This document shows, one piece after another, positions 29,905 through 44,204 of a stretch of 64,000 nucleotides of DNA (positions are counted from its first letter, which is position 1; each line of letters begins with the position of its first letter). The notes beneath the pieces were generated by a model. It saw nothing but the letters and a program-made list of their open reading frames with translations. It searched no databases and was not told where the DNA came from. The position numbers and the translations under genes were made by a program. The stretch spans positions 47,678,001-47,742,000 of the forward strand of contig OX597830.1 in the NCBI GenBank assembly GCA_951406725.2, read 5' to 3'. This DNA is from Octopus vulgaris (lineage: Eukaryota).

Positions 29905-30218
29905 CATACATATATACATACATACATACATACATACATACATACATACATACATACATACATACATACATACGTACACCTTACTATATACATACATACA
30001 TACATACATACATACATAATACATACATACATACATACATACATAATACATACATACATACATACATACATACATACATAATACATACATACGTACATAC
30101 ATACATGCATACATACATACATACATACATACATACATAATACATACATACATACATACATACATACATACATACATACATACATTCATAATACATACAT
30201 ACATACATACATTCATAA

Positions 30219-30252
<34 letters not shown>

Positions 30253-32233
30253 CATACATACATTCATAATACATAATACATACATAATACATACATAATA
30301 CATACATACATACATAATACATACATACATACGTACATACATAATACATACATACATAATACATACATACATACATACATACATACATACATACATAATA
30401 CATACATACATAATACATACATACATAATACATACATACATACATACGTACATACATAATACATACATACATAATACATACATACATACATACATACATA
30501 CATACATAATACATACATACATAATACATACATAATACATACATACATACATACATACATACATACGTACATACATACATACATACATACATAATACATG
30601 CATAATACATACATACATACATACATACATACATACATACACACATACATACATACATACATAATACATACATACATACATGCATGCATACATACATACA
30701 TAATACATACATACATACATACATACATACATACATAATACATACATACATACATAATACATACATACATACATGCATGCATACATACATACATAATACA
30801 TACATACATACATACATACATACATACATAATACATACATACATAATACATACATACATACATAATACATAATACATACATGCATGCATACATACATACA
30901 TAATACATACATACATACATAATACATACATACATAATACATGCATAATACATACATACATACATAATACATACATACATAATACATGCATAATACATAC
31001 ATACATACATACACACATACATACATACATACATACATACATACATACATACATACATACACACATACATACATACATACATAATACATACATACATACA
31101 TGCATGCATACATACATGCATAATACATACATACATACATAATACATACATACATAATACATGCATAATACATACATACATACATACATACATACATACA
31201 TACATACATACATACACACATACATACATACATACATAATACATACATACATACATACATACATACATACATACATGCATAATACATACATACATACATA
31301 CATACATACATACAAACATACATAATACATACATACATACATACATACATACGTACGTACATACATACATACATACATACATAATACATACATACATACA
31401 TACATACACACATACATACATACATACATAATACATACATACATACATGCATGCATACATACATGCATAATACATACATACATACATAATACATACATAC
31501 ATACATACATAATACATACATACATAATACATGCATAATACATACATACATACATACATACATACATACATACGTACATACATACATACATACATACATA
31601 ATACATGCATAATACATACATACATACATACATACACACATACATACATACATACATAATACATACATACATACATGCATGCATACATACATACATAATA
31701 CATACATACATACATACATACATACATACATACATACATACATAATACATACATACATACATAATACATACATACATACATGCATGCATACATACATACA
31801 TAATACATACATACATACATAATACATACATACATAATACATGCATAATACATACAAACATACATACATACATACGTACATACATACATACATACATAAT
31901 ACATGCATAATACATACATACATACATACATACATACACACATACATACATAATACATAATACATACATACATACATACATACATACATACATACATAAT
32001 ACATACATACATACATACAAGCATGCATACATACATACATACATACATACATACATACATACATACATGCATGCATAAATACGTACATACATAATACATA
32101 CATACATACATACATACATACATACATACATACATACATACAAACATACATAATACATACATACATACATACATACATACATACATACATACATACATAC
32201 ATACATACATACATACATACATACATACATACA
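29862..32233. repeat. 2.4-kb compound (TACA)n array with recurrent TAA, TGCA, TACG and CACA variants
   Basis: Visible directly. Confidence 0.95.
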
Positions 32234-32687
32234 CAGAGCGACGAGGTGCAGAACTGGGGTTGGCTTCTGTTGGTGAATTGGTGACTGATCAGGGCCAAAC
32301 TTCACCCAAAAGTTTCTCTGATTATGTGGACAGGGAATGGTGATCGTTGTTGGAGATTTGGTGTCACTGGTTTTCCTGTCCTGCCTACGTTGCCCAGCTG
32401 GAGCAATCCTGTGGCCTCGCAGCTTTGCATGCGTTGAGGCCAGATCATCGCGAACAAAAAGGGATACATTAGCAACAAGTAAGTCTTTAGCAGCTAAGCT
32501 CCCTTTATGCAAAAATTTAGAAATTAACAACAATTCAAAATTTTTCGCCTTCTGTAAATCCTTAAAAGAATATCCAATATATCGTTTCAAAATGAAGAGA
32601 CATTTTATACAATTTTCTCCCCGGCATAAAAGAAAATAATAATAATAATAATAATAACTCTGCTTAAAGAAACACGCTTTCAAATAA

Positions 32688-32964
32688 GCGAGAATTAATC
32701 AGAAGGCCTCCAGGAAAGCGAAACGACCCACGTTACACGTCGAAAGCAGTGAAGTTTGAGGGGCGGTAAGAATCTGATGCTTTAGGGATACATAAAAAAG
32801 CGATGGTTCAAGAAAGTTGGTTAAAATTGATGGTAACTTGAGTAGTGCCAAATCCATCCAGTTGCTGAAGGACAATTTGATAGCAGACTTGGATGAAGGT
32901 GAGATTTTTCAGCCTGATGGAGCTCCGTTCCACAGATCGCGTGCAACACAATAGAATCTGGCTG
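32688..32964 (+). mobile_element. Tc1-like transposase fragment cut at the duplication junction
   Basis: RELIRRPPGKRNDPRYTSKAVKF / NLML*GYI / GSRKLVKIDGNLSSAKSIQLLKDNLIADLDEGEIFQPDGAPFHRSRAT. Ends before the expected WP..SPDLNPIE motif. Confidence 0.8.
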
Positions 32965-33233
32965 ATTCCCACGTGAAATGTTTGAATGACATCCAGCCAT
33001 CGTCAAGTGTTGACCGTTTATCAAATCACACGGTCGGGGAAATGTAACACTGACAAAACCAAGGGCAGTTACTCTAATCTTACAGCCAATTCGTTTTTTT
33101 TTTCCTATTAACTCCCTTGCTTTAAAATGACCTTGCTGTGGGAAAGAACCTCCGAATGTTTGCAAAACAGAAGGGAAATATATATATATATATATCTAAC
33201 CACACACACTCACATACATTTACGTGTAGTGCT

Positions 33234-33285
<52 letters not shown>

Positions 33286-33529
33286 GGCGCACGCACACAC
33301 GCACACAAGCACATCTATAAGCGCGCGCGCGCGCGCGTGTGTGTGTGTGAGTGCGTGTACGTGTGTGTATATATGTATCTATATATGTGTATATTGGCCT
33401 GTTCGCTTAGCCAGCGGGGTGGCGTTATTTGAAGGCTAAAGCAATGCGAAGCGCATTGTGACCAGCGATGTGTAGCAACATCTGATAGCCTAGTCGGTCA
33501 CGAGATATATGTATATATCTATATATATA

Positions 33530-35400
33530 AGGGTGAAAAGGAACACACGAGTTGATATATATGAAAAAACAAGTCAAAAATAGAAAATGCTAAAATAATT
33601 TTATAGTGAACATTTCAGTACCGGTTTCGGTCATTTTGAGACCTTTTCAATTGTAACGATTAAATAATTAAATTTAGAAAAATTAGAAGAAAAGTTTTTT
33701 TAAAGGAATATTTCTATAGTAGTGTTCAGATATAGGTGGCATTCTGCCTTTCTCTGACTCCCTTGTTTGCACTTGTGTGCTGGAGGTCGTTGTGAGTTCT
33801 TGGTAGGGTAGTAGAGGAAGAAGGCTGATGAGAAAAGGGGGTGGGAGAATCTGGGAGTGCCCTGATGGTCGTATTTTGAATGGTCAGTGGCGGCTGGCAG
33901 TCGCAGTTCAATTCAGGAGAATATTTCTATTGAAAGGCTTGTTTATAGAATTTGCGTAGCTGTTATACTAAAAAACATTAGTGACAAAGTTAAGGGGTAG
34001 AATGTGGGGAAGTAGTAGTAGAAGAAGAAGAAGAAGAAGAAGAAGAAGAAGAAGAAGAAGAAGAAGAAGAAGAAGAAGAAGAAGAAGAAGAAGAAGAAGA
34101 AGAAGAAGAAGATGACGATGTTGATGATGATGATGATGAAGAAGAAGAAGAAGGAGAAGGAGAAGATGACGATGATGGTGATGGTGGTGATGATTATGAC
34201 GACGATGATGATGATAATGATGATGATGAAGAAGAAGAGGAAAAAGAAGAAAAAAACAGAGAAGGGAGAATATGAATGGGTTAAAGTAGTGAGGTGTTGT
34301 ATGATTTGAAGTTGGCATGTTATTGATTATAGCTGTGATTTTAGCTGTGATTAGTAATGGATTCTTTGGAATGTAATATTTGTGTGTGAATATTTCTTTT
34401 ATTCTAAAGTTGAGGTTTATTAAGTGTTTGTCGTAGACCCGTTAAGAAGTGGCCTGTATTTTGCAATAAAGAGAGTTTCTTTACTTATTCGTTGTCTCGA
34501 GGTTGTATCGTCCCTAAATTGGTAGAGGGGGAAAATCCTGAAGCTTGGTGTTTTTTTGTTGGCGCAAGTATCTATGTGTTGGCTAAAAGCTATTTTTTTG
34601 TTTTGGGGAATTTTTATCTCGGATCTGTGCAGGGCCATTCGTTTACGCAAACTATTTTTTGTTTGGCCTATGTACTGCTCTTGACACCCGGAGCAGGTTA
34701 GTGAGTATATTAGGTTCTCCGAAGCACATGTGAAGTTGCTTTTCACTGTAAACCGTTGTCCCTGTTTGAAGGAGAACTCTGATCCCTCAATTAGATAGTC
34801 GCATATCCCGCAATTGGGTCTTCCACATTTTTTTACTGTCGGCTTCTGTGTTGAAGAGTGAATTCGGGCTTGTGTTAGGAGACTTTTCATGGATTTAGGC
34901 TGTCTCTTGCTTTTTATGATCGTGTGTGTTTGGAGGATTGTGTTCATTCTGTGGTCTTTTTTTAGGAGAGGTATGTTGTGGAGGATGGTACCGAAGGCTT
35001 CGTTATTGAGAGGGTTGTGTGTGGAGATGTATGGTAAGGCTTTTGGTTGTAAGTTTTTCTTTGATTTGGAATGTCTCAGTTCCTTGATGTTAAGTTGAAG
35101 GGCACTTGTCAATAAGTGAAGGTGGATAGTTCCTGGTGATAAGGGTATCTTTTAGTTCTTGTAGTCGTGTGTCTCTGGTGTTTGCGTTCGAGACTATAGT
35201 GCATATCCTTTTTGCTAGGTTGAAGGGGATATTCATCCTGGTGTGTCTGGGGTGGCATGAATTGAATGGAAGATATTGCTTAGAGTCTGTAGGCTTATAA
35301 TATATGTCTGTTTCTATTATATTATTAGCTTTCTTAATGAGGATATCGAGGAAGGGGAGTTGTTGCTGGCTATATTCCATCGTGAATTGGATGTTTACGT
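33530..35400 (-). mobile_element. 5'-truncated Penelope-like retroelement (RT C-terminus plus GIY-YIG endonuclease), copy B only
   Basis: LPFLDILI...TDIYYKPTDSKQYLPFNSCHPRH (PLE RT), one frameshift at ~35100, then CGRPNCGIC...NLIYSLTCSGCQEQYIGQT...RMALH (GIY-YIG). Degenerate hammerhead-like motif at ~33615-33655. Confidence 0.92.
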
Positions 35401-35432
35401 CCAGTCCGTTTAAAATTTCCTGGCCAGCTCGT

Positions 35433-35477
35433 CACACGCTGACGAGAGGTCAATACCTCGAAACTCGAGTCCGTGTG
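35433..35477 (+). ncRNA. Minimal type I hammerhead ribozyme, copy 1
   Basis: CACACG-CUGACGA-GAGG(UCAAUA)CCUC-GAAA-CUCGAG-UC-CGUGUG: intact core, stems I and II, palindromic stem III. Confidence 0.85.
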
Positions 35478-35785
35478 TATCATAAGTTGAAGACGGGAAG
35501 GATGACTTCCCTTTGCAAATACTGACAGGACACAGATAGTGTGTCTATGGCCAGCTGGAGGAGTGTGTCCTCCTGGGGCTAAAAACTACAGTAGCATCCA
35601 CCCTTAGGGGTTAGCCATATTGAAATGGCAAAAATACGTCACGATGTGTTACCGCTACTGTATATAACTCACTTTGATATTTATCATTGTTTGATTTCAC
35701 TTTTTCAATATCAGCGACAGTGGACGCTGGAAAAAGTATAAGTATTTGTGAAGGAAATCTAATTCTCGGCGACAACTATGATTGT

Positions 35786-35830
35786 CACACGCTGACGAGA
35801 GGTCAATACCTCGAAACTCGAGTCCGTGTG
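35786..35830 (+). ncRNA. Minimal type I hammerhead ribozyme, copy 2
   Basis: Identical to 35433-35477, 353 nt downstream. Confidence 0.85.
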
Positions 35831-36222
35831 TATCATAAGTTGAAGACGGGAAGGATGACTTCCCTTTGCAAATACTGACAGGACACAGATAGTGTGTCTA
35901 TGGCCAGCTGGAGGAGTGTGTCCTCCTGGGGCTAAAAACTACAGTAGCATCCACCCTTAGGGGTTAGCCATATTGAAATGGCAAAAATACGTCACGATGT
36001 GTTACCGCTACTGTATATAACTCACTTTGATATTTATCATTGTTTGATTTCACTATTTCAATATCAGCGACAGTGGACGCTGGAAAAAGTATAAATATAT
36101 ATATATATATATATATCACTTGACCGACCACACCATCAGATGTTGCTACACATCGCTGGTCACAATGCGCTTCGCTAGGGTTTAGCCTTCAAATGACGCC
36201 ACCCCACTGGGTAAGCGAGCAG

Positions 36223-36266
<44 letters not shown>

Positions 36267-38065
36267 CATACATATATATATGTACAAACACACACACACA
36301 TACACACAATGCTTGCGGTCTGTGAAGCAATATATTGACACTGTAATTATGTAATTAATATTGAAAGACTGGAAGGCGGCGAGCTGGCAGAAACAAGTGA
36401 CAAGCAAATCTGTGGCATTGAGCAGAATATTTGCTGTGGCCCCGTCTTTTATACCAAGACAAAACAATGTACATGACTCCACTTCCAATCAGTTAAGATC
36501 AGAAGCCACGAGAGCAACTGCCTGGTACTGCATCAGGGTTCTTCTTCTTCTTCTTCTTCTTCTTCTTCTTCTTCTTCTTCTTCCTTCTTCTTCTTCTTCT
36601 TCTTCTTCTTCTTCTTCTTCTTCTGCTTCTTCTTCTTCTTCTTCTTCTTCTTCTTCTTCTTCTTCCACCTCTTCTTCTTCTTCTTCTTCTTCTTCTTCTT
36701 CTTCTTCTTCTCTTCTTCTTCTTCTTCTTCTTCTTCTTCTTCTTCTTCTTCTTCTTCTTCTTCTTCTTCTTCTTCTTCTTCTTTATAGTCATAAACATTT
36801 ATATTCATAATAACACGTGTAACATGGAATAAAAATATGCCTAACTTTCTAGTCTTTGTATTAATATGTGTGTATGTATGTATGTATGTATGTATGTATG
36901 TATGTATGTATGTAGATATGTATCTATGTATGTATGTATGTATGTAATGTGGATACGTAAATATTTTGAAAAATACATGACGTTGTCTTGGAACTGAAGA
37001 ACCCAGTTGGTGGCCAATTTGTTTCAAGGAATCTCCCCAATTCTGCGTAAATCCGTTATTTCGAACAAGCTATGTGCTTTTAGTAACACTTTCCTTTTAT
37101 TTATCAACATATTCCCGTGTTTCAATAATTTCCAGTAATATTGAATAACACGGAGCTGTTCCAGCCGTGGCAATCCAAACAATAGATTTGGATTGCATTT
37201 TTATTATGCATGTTTATATAGAACGGGCGAAATTTAAACTCAGAACGTGAAGAAGGAAAGACTTTGCCTTTCATCCCTTCAGAGTCGACAAAGTAAGTAC
37301 CAGTTGTGCACTGGGTCGATGTAATCGACTCATTCCCTTCCCTCAATATTTCAGGCCTTGTGCCTAAAGTAGAAAAGAATTCTCTGTGGGTAGTAAAGAA
37401 ATAGGTATTTCGTCTCCCGTTACGTTCTGAGTTCAAATTCCGCCGAGGTCGACTTTGCCTTTCATCCATTCGGGGTCGATAAATCAAGTACCTGTCGCGT
37501 ACTGGCGTCGATCTAATTGACTAGTCCCCCTCCCCCAAAATTTAGGGCCTTGCGCCTAGAGTAGAAAAAAATTGTGAGGAGGTCTTCGTATGAATTGAAC
37601 CTGCTGCTCGAATTCATACATTATCATATTATTGTTAATTCGATCAATTATTTTTCGTTCAAATGTTTCCGATCAAATTTATTTCGATCCTATTCAACAA
37701 AGCTTTTCAATATTTTCAGTGTAAATTGCAATGTCACCAGGTAAGTGTTACATGGTTTGTGGCTCTGTGCTATAGTGAGATGTGGTTTCGTTAACGGGGA
37801 TGTGAGTCGGTAGGTCGGCTCTCACCCTGGGTCCTGCCAATTCCTTTTCTTAGTCTCCTCTGTCTCCAGTTTGCATCGTGAAAAAACGGCACATCACAAG
37901 GACTGTTTACTTACATCAGAGGTTTTATCTCATATTTGATGTGTGTAACAGAGAGAGGGGGGGGGAAGAAAATAAAGATAGAAGAGAAGAAAGAAGGAAG
38001 GGAAGAAAGAAAGAGAGAGAGGAAGTGAGAGAGAAAGAGTGAATGAGTGTGTATGAGAGTGTGTG

Positions 38066-38115
<50 letters not shown>

Positions 38116-38513
38116 CCTTTTACCTGTCAAACAGAGAAAAGACTCAGAAAGATGTTTTCATGGATAAAATTAAAAAGTTTATGTTTATTTCGAAGTTACA
38201 TCGTCAATAATAACAAAATTATTGGTGCAAGAAAACCAAAACAGAAAAAGAAAAAGAGAGAAAAGAAAGAAAGAGAACGAGAAAGAAACTAAAAAGGAAA
38301 TTTAAAAAAAAACATGAAAGGAAGGAAACAGAAAGAAGAGGGAAATGTAAGAAATTGAAAAGAAGGAAGAAAAAGAAAGAAGGAAGGCCAAGAGAGGAAA
38401 GAAAAGAAAAAGTGATGGAAAGGTTGATGAAGAGAAGAAAGCGTGAAAAATAAAAGAAAAGAAAGAAAAAATGTAAAAATTTGTGCCGAGAAACTGTTTA
38501 TTTGGCGAATTAT

Positions 38514-38719
38514 CTACCAATTGACTTCGTAGAGATCACAAAGCTTTTGAGAATTATTTGAGTAGGCAAAAGCAGTACATATCTGCTCGCGCAGACAAAT
38601 TGAGGCACACCTCATTCTTGATGGACTTGTGGTTTCACGAAGTGGCATCAGCGGGATATAAGGGTTGAAACCAAATACAAAGTAAGCACTAGAAGCAACG
38701 AAGGAACCCTGATATATTC
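38514..38719 (-). CDS. PAN protein paralog B, terminal coding exon 5 (PAN domain 2)
   Basis: IYQGSFVASSAYFVFGFNPYIPLMPLRETTSPSRMRCASICLREQICTAFAYSNNSQKLCDLYEVNW*. In-frame 6-nt insertion relative to A; TAG stop. Confidence 0.85.
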
Positions 38720-38818
38720 CTGTGAAAGACAGAAAAAAAATAAGGTTACATATAAAATTTTAATTATTTGAATTATTTGGAGTGTATATATATATATATA
38801 TATATATATAGATAGATA

Positions 38819-39922
<1,104 letters not shown>

Positions 39923-40224
39923 TATATATATATATTGATTTCTGGAGGACGAGTTTAAGTCTCGCTGAATTTCAACGTTGCGAGATTTGAACTCAGAGTA
40001 TAAAGGGACACAACTCACTAGCAAAGACAGCACGATTTTATATCATCGCTACTGATCCACAGCCTTCGTTGAAGCTTATATATTAGTTTCTAATGAAGTC
40101 ATAATGGAAAAAATGTAAAATCGATTATATCGATCTCACCATTGTGTTGCTGCTCTTTTTACCAAATCAATGACGGAAAGCAAAAACGAATTAAAATTAA
40201 TTAAATGTTAGTTTTATTACTTAC

Positions 40225-40317
40225 GGTAGTAAAATGATCGTCCGGCAAACGAGCGGAAATTACAATGGCGTGGAAAATCCCCGTTCATATAGTAATAAGG
40301 GTAATAAGAGAAAGGAT
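40225..40317 (-). CDS. PAN protein paralog B, coding exon 4
   Basis: 93 nt; (Y)PFSYYPYYYMNGDFPRHCNFRSFAGRSFYY(R); tag acceptor and gtaag donor. Confidence 0.75.
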
Positions 40318-40374
40318 CTATAAATGATAGTAATACACAATATATATTCAAGGATAAATATGAATCCTTTATAT

Positions 40375-40474
<100 letters not shown>

Positions 40475-42088
40475 ACACGCTTGCGCGCGCAAATACACAA
40501 CGGTGCAACGAATAAATCAATTTACTCGAGATTTTGTGATTAGAGATGTGTAACGGTAGATATTAATATGTAAAGAATATTATGATATGTGGGAGTCAGT
40601 TGGTGTGACGATAAACATTCGTTGTTATGACGGCAAGTTGTAAGATGAACAATGCATGAATTTTTAAGAAAGAATTTATTTACCGTTACGTTACAAATAC
40701 CTTGCCGCGACGGGAAGGTTATGGTAAATCCAAAAGCATGCGAAGTAAAGTTTGTGTTTGTGTCCTCTTCATTGTTTAGTAGTAGTAATTCACAGATAGC
40801 GATAGAATGATGTTGTAAGAGAACAGAATTAGAGCTAGAGAGAATTTTAGGGTGTTGTTTGAAGTTGCTGAAAGTAAACTTCGTTCCTTCCTCTCACTAA
40901 TGTTCTAGCTGATCAGCCACGCTACGTTCTCACTGGTGACTAACTGATTTTTGCTTGGGATGTGCTTGCTTATATATAGAACCAGAAGGATAGATATATC
41001 ATTGAGAACAATGGATTTACTTGGTGGTCTTGTTATCTCTATTCCAGCTTTTGGTGAAGTAGAAGAGGTTAGAAAGGGTCAAGTGGTGAAGACATTATTT
41101 CGGCCTAGCTAAAAGGCATCTGGAAAATGTAAATACTACTGTCAGAGAAAAACCATTGTTACATCGTGGGAAAAGCTCTGTAGCAGTGTTAATTTAAATT
41201 TGGCTATGGTGGATCGAATCCACTTCATGCATGCAAGATTCACTACAGATGTATAAAAGTGTGAGACAAAGTCATGTGATTTCATGGCATTTTCCGTGGC
41301 TGAATGTCCTAACATCCATGTTCTTTCTCAAACGTCTTAGCGGGGAAAGAGTAATAGTTTCCACTGAACTGGACCCAAATCCTTGGTTCTGTTCGATGGG
41401 TATTAATATCTACGTAATTACAGAAGTAAAAGGAATCTGCAACATGGAGAAACCAATGATGGCCAACGATTTGTTGTAGAAAAAGAACAATTTCAATTCC
41501 GCTCTCTTCTTTCTATTTTCCCCTTTACCAACCCCTCACTTTCTCTGTCTCTCAATCTGTCCCTGTCTGTTTCTGTCTCTGTCTCTCTCTCTCTTTCCCC
41601 ACCCTTTTTTCTCACACTTTGATTACGATATCATGAAGCCACATTGAAGAATAGTGGTAAGATTCTTGTAAATAGCATTGGAGAATCGACAACCTTCTAA
41701 GACATATTTCTTGGGGATAAGAGAAGGACATTGTCCTTGAAATTTTCAGTGCCACCGAGCGTGATGAGGTGGGGGATCAGGGAGCAATTGCAACACATAA
41801 GTTGCTTCAATACGAAGCATTCGCTCAAGATAGCAAGTTCACTTAGGATCAGAGATTTGATTCTTTTAAGTAAAAGAAACACCACTGAAGGTACCCTAAT
41901 CTAAGACGGTGATCTTAAACAGGGAAATTAAGTTTTCTATCCTTGAACAGGTGCATTCCGATGGACTTTGATATAATTCCCGTCTACCAATTCAATTGAA
42001 AGTTTGGGTCGATCCCAGATTATTAGAGAAGGCACTTGTTCGCAGTCTCGTATTGAACCCAGGCGAATTTGTTTACGAAGTGAACTAC

Positions 42089-42482
42089 CCACGCATGGAT
42101 GGAAGCACTCCGTCGGTTACGACGACGAGGGTTCCGGTTGATCCGAATCAACGGAACAGCCTGCTCATGAAATTAACGCGTAAGTGGCTGAGCACTCCAC
42201 AGACACGTGTACCCTTAACGTAGTTCTCGGGGATATTCAGCGTGACACAGAGAGTGACAAGGCCGGCCCTTTGAAATACAGGTAGAACAGAAACAGGAAG
42301 TAAGAGTGAGAGAAAGTTGTGGTGAAAGAGTACAGCAGGGATCACCACCATCCCTTGCCGGAGCCTCGTGGAGCTTTAGGTGTTTTCGCTCAATAAACAC
42401 TATCAACGCCCGGTCTGGGAATCGAAACCGCGATCCTATGACCGCGAGTCCGCTGCCCTAACCACTGGGCCATTGCGCCTCC
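42089..42482 (-). mobile_element. tRNA-derived SINE (copy B paralog)
   Basis: Near-identical to 13175-13568. Confidence 0.8.
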
Positions 42483-42761
42483 ACACCCACGCATACGAGC
42501 TTGCATGCTCCTGCTTATTTCTACATATGACTTCTAAGTAATGTAGTGGGATGGATGACAGACTGACAAACGTTGGGTGTCTACTTGAAGCAAGACAGAA
42601 TTATTGGTGGTGATAAACCAGGTTCACGAAAGAAACCATTTCTATAACGAGATTCTCAGCGATGACCGTTTAAATTTTGTATTTTGGATCTGCTTCTGTT
42701 GTGATCCAAGAAACCTCTTATAGTACAAGAATGTGATGAATGGGGAGAAAGTGAGAGAGAG

Positions 42762-42798
<37 letters not shown>

Positions 42799-43185
42799 GT
42801 GTATACATGTGTGTGTGTTTGTATCTGAAAGAAGTGTTAAAGAAAAATAAGGAAAGGAAGATAAGGGAGAGAAAGAAGAAGACACACACACACACACTTA
42901 CACACACGCACACGCACGCACATATATACACACACACATACACTCTCACAAGACAACGATAAAAAGGAAATCCAGACAATTTTTTGAAAACTGATATTTT
43001 GCCCCCCTTGGAGTAAACAGCTGCATTTGCCATTACTAAATGCCAGCAAAATGTTTTTCTTCTTTCTCTCCCTTCTCTTCCTTTCCTTCTTTTTCTTTAA
43101 CACCATTTTCAGATACAAAAACACACACACATACACACACACGCACACACGCACCCACGCACACACACGCAAGCACACACAGACA

Positions 43186-43228
<43 letters not shown>

Positions 43229-43492
43229 CAAGCCGCAGTTTTCTGCATTTCGTTATTAAAGAAAGATGAAGGATGCCGGACAATATGTTTACCAACTTCT
43301 CGTCCGTCATTGCGTTCTGATTTCAAATACCAGCAAGGTCGACCTTGCCTTTCACTGTGTCGGGAACGATAAAAATAAGTACAAGTCGAGCACTGTGGTG
43401 GATGGAATCGACAAGTCCCCTCCCTCTAAAACATCAGGTCTTGTGCCTGTAGATGAAGGGTTATTAAACAAAGATTGATTTCAAAGACTTAC

Positions 43493-43747
43493 ACCTAATT
43501 CCTTCAACTGTTGCAACCATAGAATCATTGGCAGGAATAAGTCTGGAACTGGTTGCAGGACTTGTCGAAAAGTAACAATTTTCAAACAACAAATCTGCCT
43601 TAAACGACAGGCATGCGTGTTCCATTTGACACACTTTGATACAGTGTGTGAAATTTCCAGATGAACTACCATAAATATCGGTGTCGTCCATAGACATGTT
43701 GAAGATGAATTTTAGGGGACATCCTGTCGGTGCTACCATTGTTGCAT
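43493..43747 (-). CDS. PAN protein paralog B, coding exon 3 (PAN domain 1)
   Basis: 255 nt, open frame, Cys pattern retained (HCIKVCQMEHACLSF...ENCYF). Confidence 0.85.
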
Positions 43748-44151
43748 CTGAAGCATTGATAAAAAATAAATAAAAAATAAATAAAAACTAATTGAAAATA
43801 AAAATAAAATGAAAATAATTAAATTTAACTCGGTTCTATAGTTATTGAATGTAATATCAAGGAAAATGACTCTCTAGTAATCGAAACAAAAGGAGTGGCT
43901 GCGTGGTAAGAAGCTTGCTTACCTACCACATGGTTCCGGGTTCAGTCCCACTGAGTGGTACCTTGGGCAAGTGTCTTCTACTATAGCCTCAGACCGACCA
44001 AAGCCTTGTGAGTGATTTCGGTAGACGGAAACTGAAAGAAGCCCGTCTCCGATGAAAGGATATATAAAATATCCCGGAAACACCTGTAAGACCTATTTAT
44101 AAATGTTCTGAAATCTTTGCAGCCTTGGATTTTTATCTCATTCTCTTAATT

Positions 44152-44204
<53 letters not shown>

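Larger units (their letters stand above)
35431..36093 (+). repeat. 353-nt-period direct repeat (~1.9 units), each unit starting with a hammerhead
   Basis: 35431-35742 is essentially identical to 35784-36093. Confidence 0.9.

Noticed and set aside
35431-36093. CRISPR-like or LTR interpretation of the direct repeats
   Set aside because: Eukaryotic context, no repeat-spacer structure, and no TG...CA ends or PBS; better explained as a hammerhead-bearing pLTR or retrozyme.
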